A stretch of 64,000 nt of DNA from Lepidodermella squamata. Its lineage: Eukaryota > Animalia > Gastrotricha. Each line of letters opens with the position of its first letter. Positions within the stretch are counted from its first letter, which is position 1. Position numbers and translations under genes: made by a program. Below the pieces are notes generated by a model. That model saw nothing but the letters and a program-made list of their open reading frames with translations, was not told the DNA's origin and ran no database searches. The stretch is taken from assembly GCA_047495785.1 (NCBI GenBank), contig JBLDXI010000031.1, positions 62,001 through 126,000 on the forward strand, read 5' to 3'. Positions 62,188 to 64,000 of this stretch are shown here, piece by piece.

Positions 62188-63988
62188 ACTGCGCTCAGAA
62201 AATCCAATGAAGCATTGGATTTCTCCCCCTTCGCCGAACCCGATGCGATAGACCCGCTTTCCCCTTTCCCTCCGGCCATCCAGCCGAAATCTAGAATTGA
62301 GCGGCATACTGGCCCCGAATTTCTGCTACCTTCGTGCCACCTCAGCCATACTGCGTGCCGCAAGCAGTTCTGCATCTGCTGTTCCGTCTCCGCCTGTTGA
62401 AGCTGCTGAACAAGCTGATCAATTGAACCGGGAGAATGTCCCGATGGCGCCCGAAGATGATGATTGAGTGACGCGTAGATTTTTTACTGAATTTTCGGAC
62501 GTGAAAAGGGTAGCGCGAGCTAAGTTAAATAGCATTGCTTGATACGCAGATGAAATACGTAACGCAAATTTACTCGCAGACGTTACTGAATTCAAAGATT
62601 CGAAAATCCGTCCCATTATTAATAGAATATCGCGTTACGAATCACTTCGCAAAATGAACGTTACTCACATCTCGAAGTGAACGGCGCTATTGCATAGCCA
62701 GTTGGTTACTTTCAATGCTTTAGTGCAAAGCAATGATGAAGCCCAAGCCTCATTAAAAGAAATGTACCAAGTGGGGAATCCCTTTTGCACATACAATGTG
62801 GGTAGTCCAGATGGCAAGATTTTGGAAGTTGCTCATATCAGCTTATAGACCTGATCGAATTCAAGACTATACGGTTCCGGATTGCCGGATTGGATTAACT
62901 AACTGCCTGCCTCGGAGAAAACAAATCGCCCGATTTGATCACGATTTTTAGAGTTCAGAAACAATAATATGGTATTAGCTTAATAATGACCGCCAAGAAC
63001 AAATTACACCTCTGTAATAAGTACAAGACAATGCCCCAAATAGTGGCAATATGACCCGAAAAATCACCAGATAGCAAATAATAAAAATCCACTGCGCTCA
63101 GAAAATCCAATGAAGCATTGGATTTCTCCCCCTTCGCCGAACCCGATGCGATAGACCCGCTTTCCCCTTTCCCTCCGGCCATCCAGCCGAAATCTAGAAT
63201 TGAGCGGCATACTGGCCCCGAATTTCTGCTACCTTCGTGCCACCTCAGCCATACTGCGTGCCGCAAGCAGTTCTGCATCTGCTGTTCCGTCTCCGCCTGT
63301 TGAAGCTGCTGAACAAGCTGATCAATTGAACCGGGAGAATGTCCCGATGGCGCCCGAAGATGATGATTGAGTGACGCGTAGATTTTTTACTGAATTTTCG
63401 GACGTGAAAAGGGTAGCGCGAGCTAAGTTAAATAGCATTGCTTGATACGCAGATGAAATACGTAACGCAAATTTACTCGCAGACGTTACTGAATTCAAAG
63501 ATTCGAAAATCCGTCCCATTATTAATAGAATATCGCGTTACGAATCACTTCGCAAAATGAACGTTACTCACATCTCGAAGTGAACGGCGCTATTGCATAG
63601 CCAGTTGGTTACTTTCAATGCTTTAGTGCAAAGCAATGATGAAGCCCAAGCCTCATTAAAAGAAATGTACCAAGTGGGGAATCCCTTTTGCACATACAAT
63701 GTGGGTAGTCCAGATGGCAAGATTTTGGAAGTTGCTCATATCAGCTTATAGACCTGATCGAATTCAAGACTATACGGTTCCGGATTGCCGGATTGGATTA
63801 ACTAACTGCCTGCCTCGGAGAAAACAAATCGCCCGATTTGATCACGATTTTTAGAGTTCAGAAACAATAATATGGTATTAGCTTAATAATGACCGCCAAG
63901 AACAAATTACACCTCTGTAATAAGTACAAGACAATGCCCCAAATAGTGGCAATATGACCCGAAAAATCACCAGATAGCAAATAATAAA
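62188..63988 (+). repeat. Perfect tandem duplication, 898-bp unit (62188-63085 = 63091-63988)
   Basis: Identical ORFs at offset 903; 5-nt junction AATCC. Confidence 0.95.
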
Positions 63989-64000
63989 TATTTGCCTAAC

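Noticed and set aside
1-64000. tRNA, rRNA or spliced-leader RNA genes
   Set aside because: None recognised by eye; tRNAscan-SE and Infernal would be needed to exclude them

Overview
Animal (invertebrate) genomic DNA with AT-rich spacers and many very short (~50 nt) spliceosomal introns, so the ORF track shows exons rather than genes. From left to right: (1) a ~4.4-kb tandem duplication carrying a GPI-anchored Ly6/uPAR three-finger gene, PAN/apple-domain pseudogene fragments and an intact secreted PAN-domain gene; (2) two tandem minus-strand nuclear receptors, each with TWO DNA-binding domains plus an LBD (2DBD-NR architecture); (3) two tandem Ly6/quiver-like genes; (4) a nearly intronless GH38 alpha-mannosidase; (5) a small orphan gene; (6) an astacin-EGF-CUB-kringle gene lacking the zinc-binding motif; (7) RPAP1 and DNA polymerase kappa in tandem, only 130 nt apart; (8) many DNA-transposon relics (MULE with a nested insertion, piggyBac, Tc1/pogo and hAT/P-type MITEs, hAT and Harbinger fragments). 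The most interesting system is the 2DBD-NR pair. Their zinc fingers are strongly remodelled in the same way in both paralogs (greatly expanded DBD1 loop, CGACKK P-box, CxC D-box, and a DBD2 second finger that lost a Cys but has a conserved His). The short introns of one paralog are packed with AGGTCA response elements, including a perfect AGGTCATGACCT palindrome. A second candidate system is a POLK-RPAP1 operon resolved by trans-splicing. Gene models were built by eye from GT-AG sites and frame continuity; no database searches were run.
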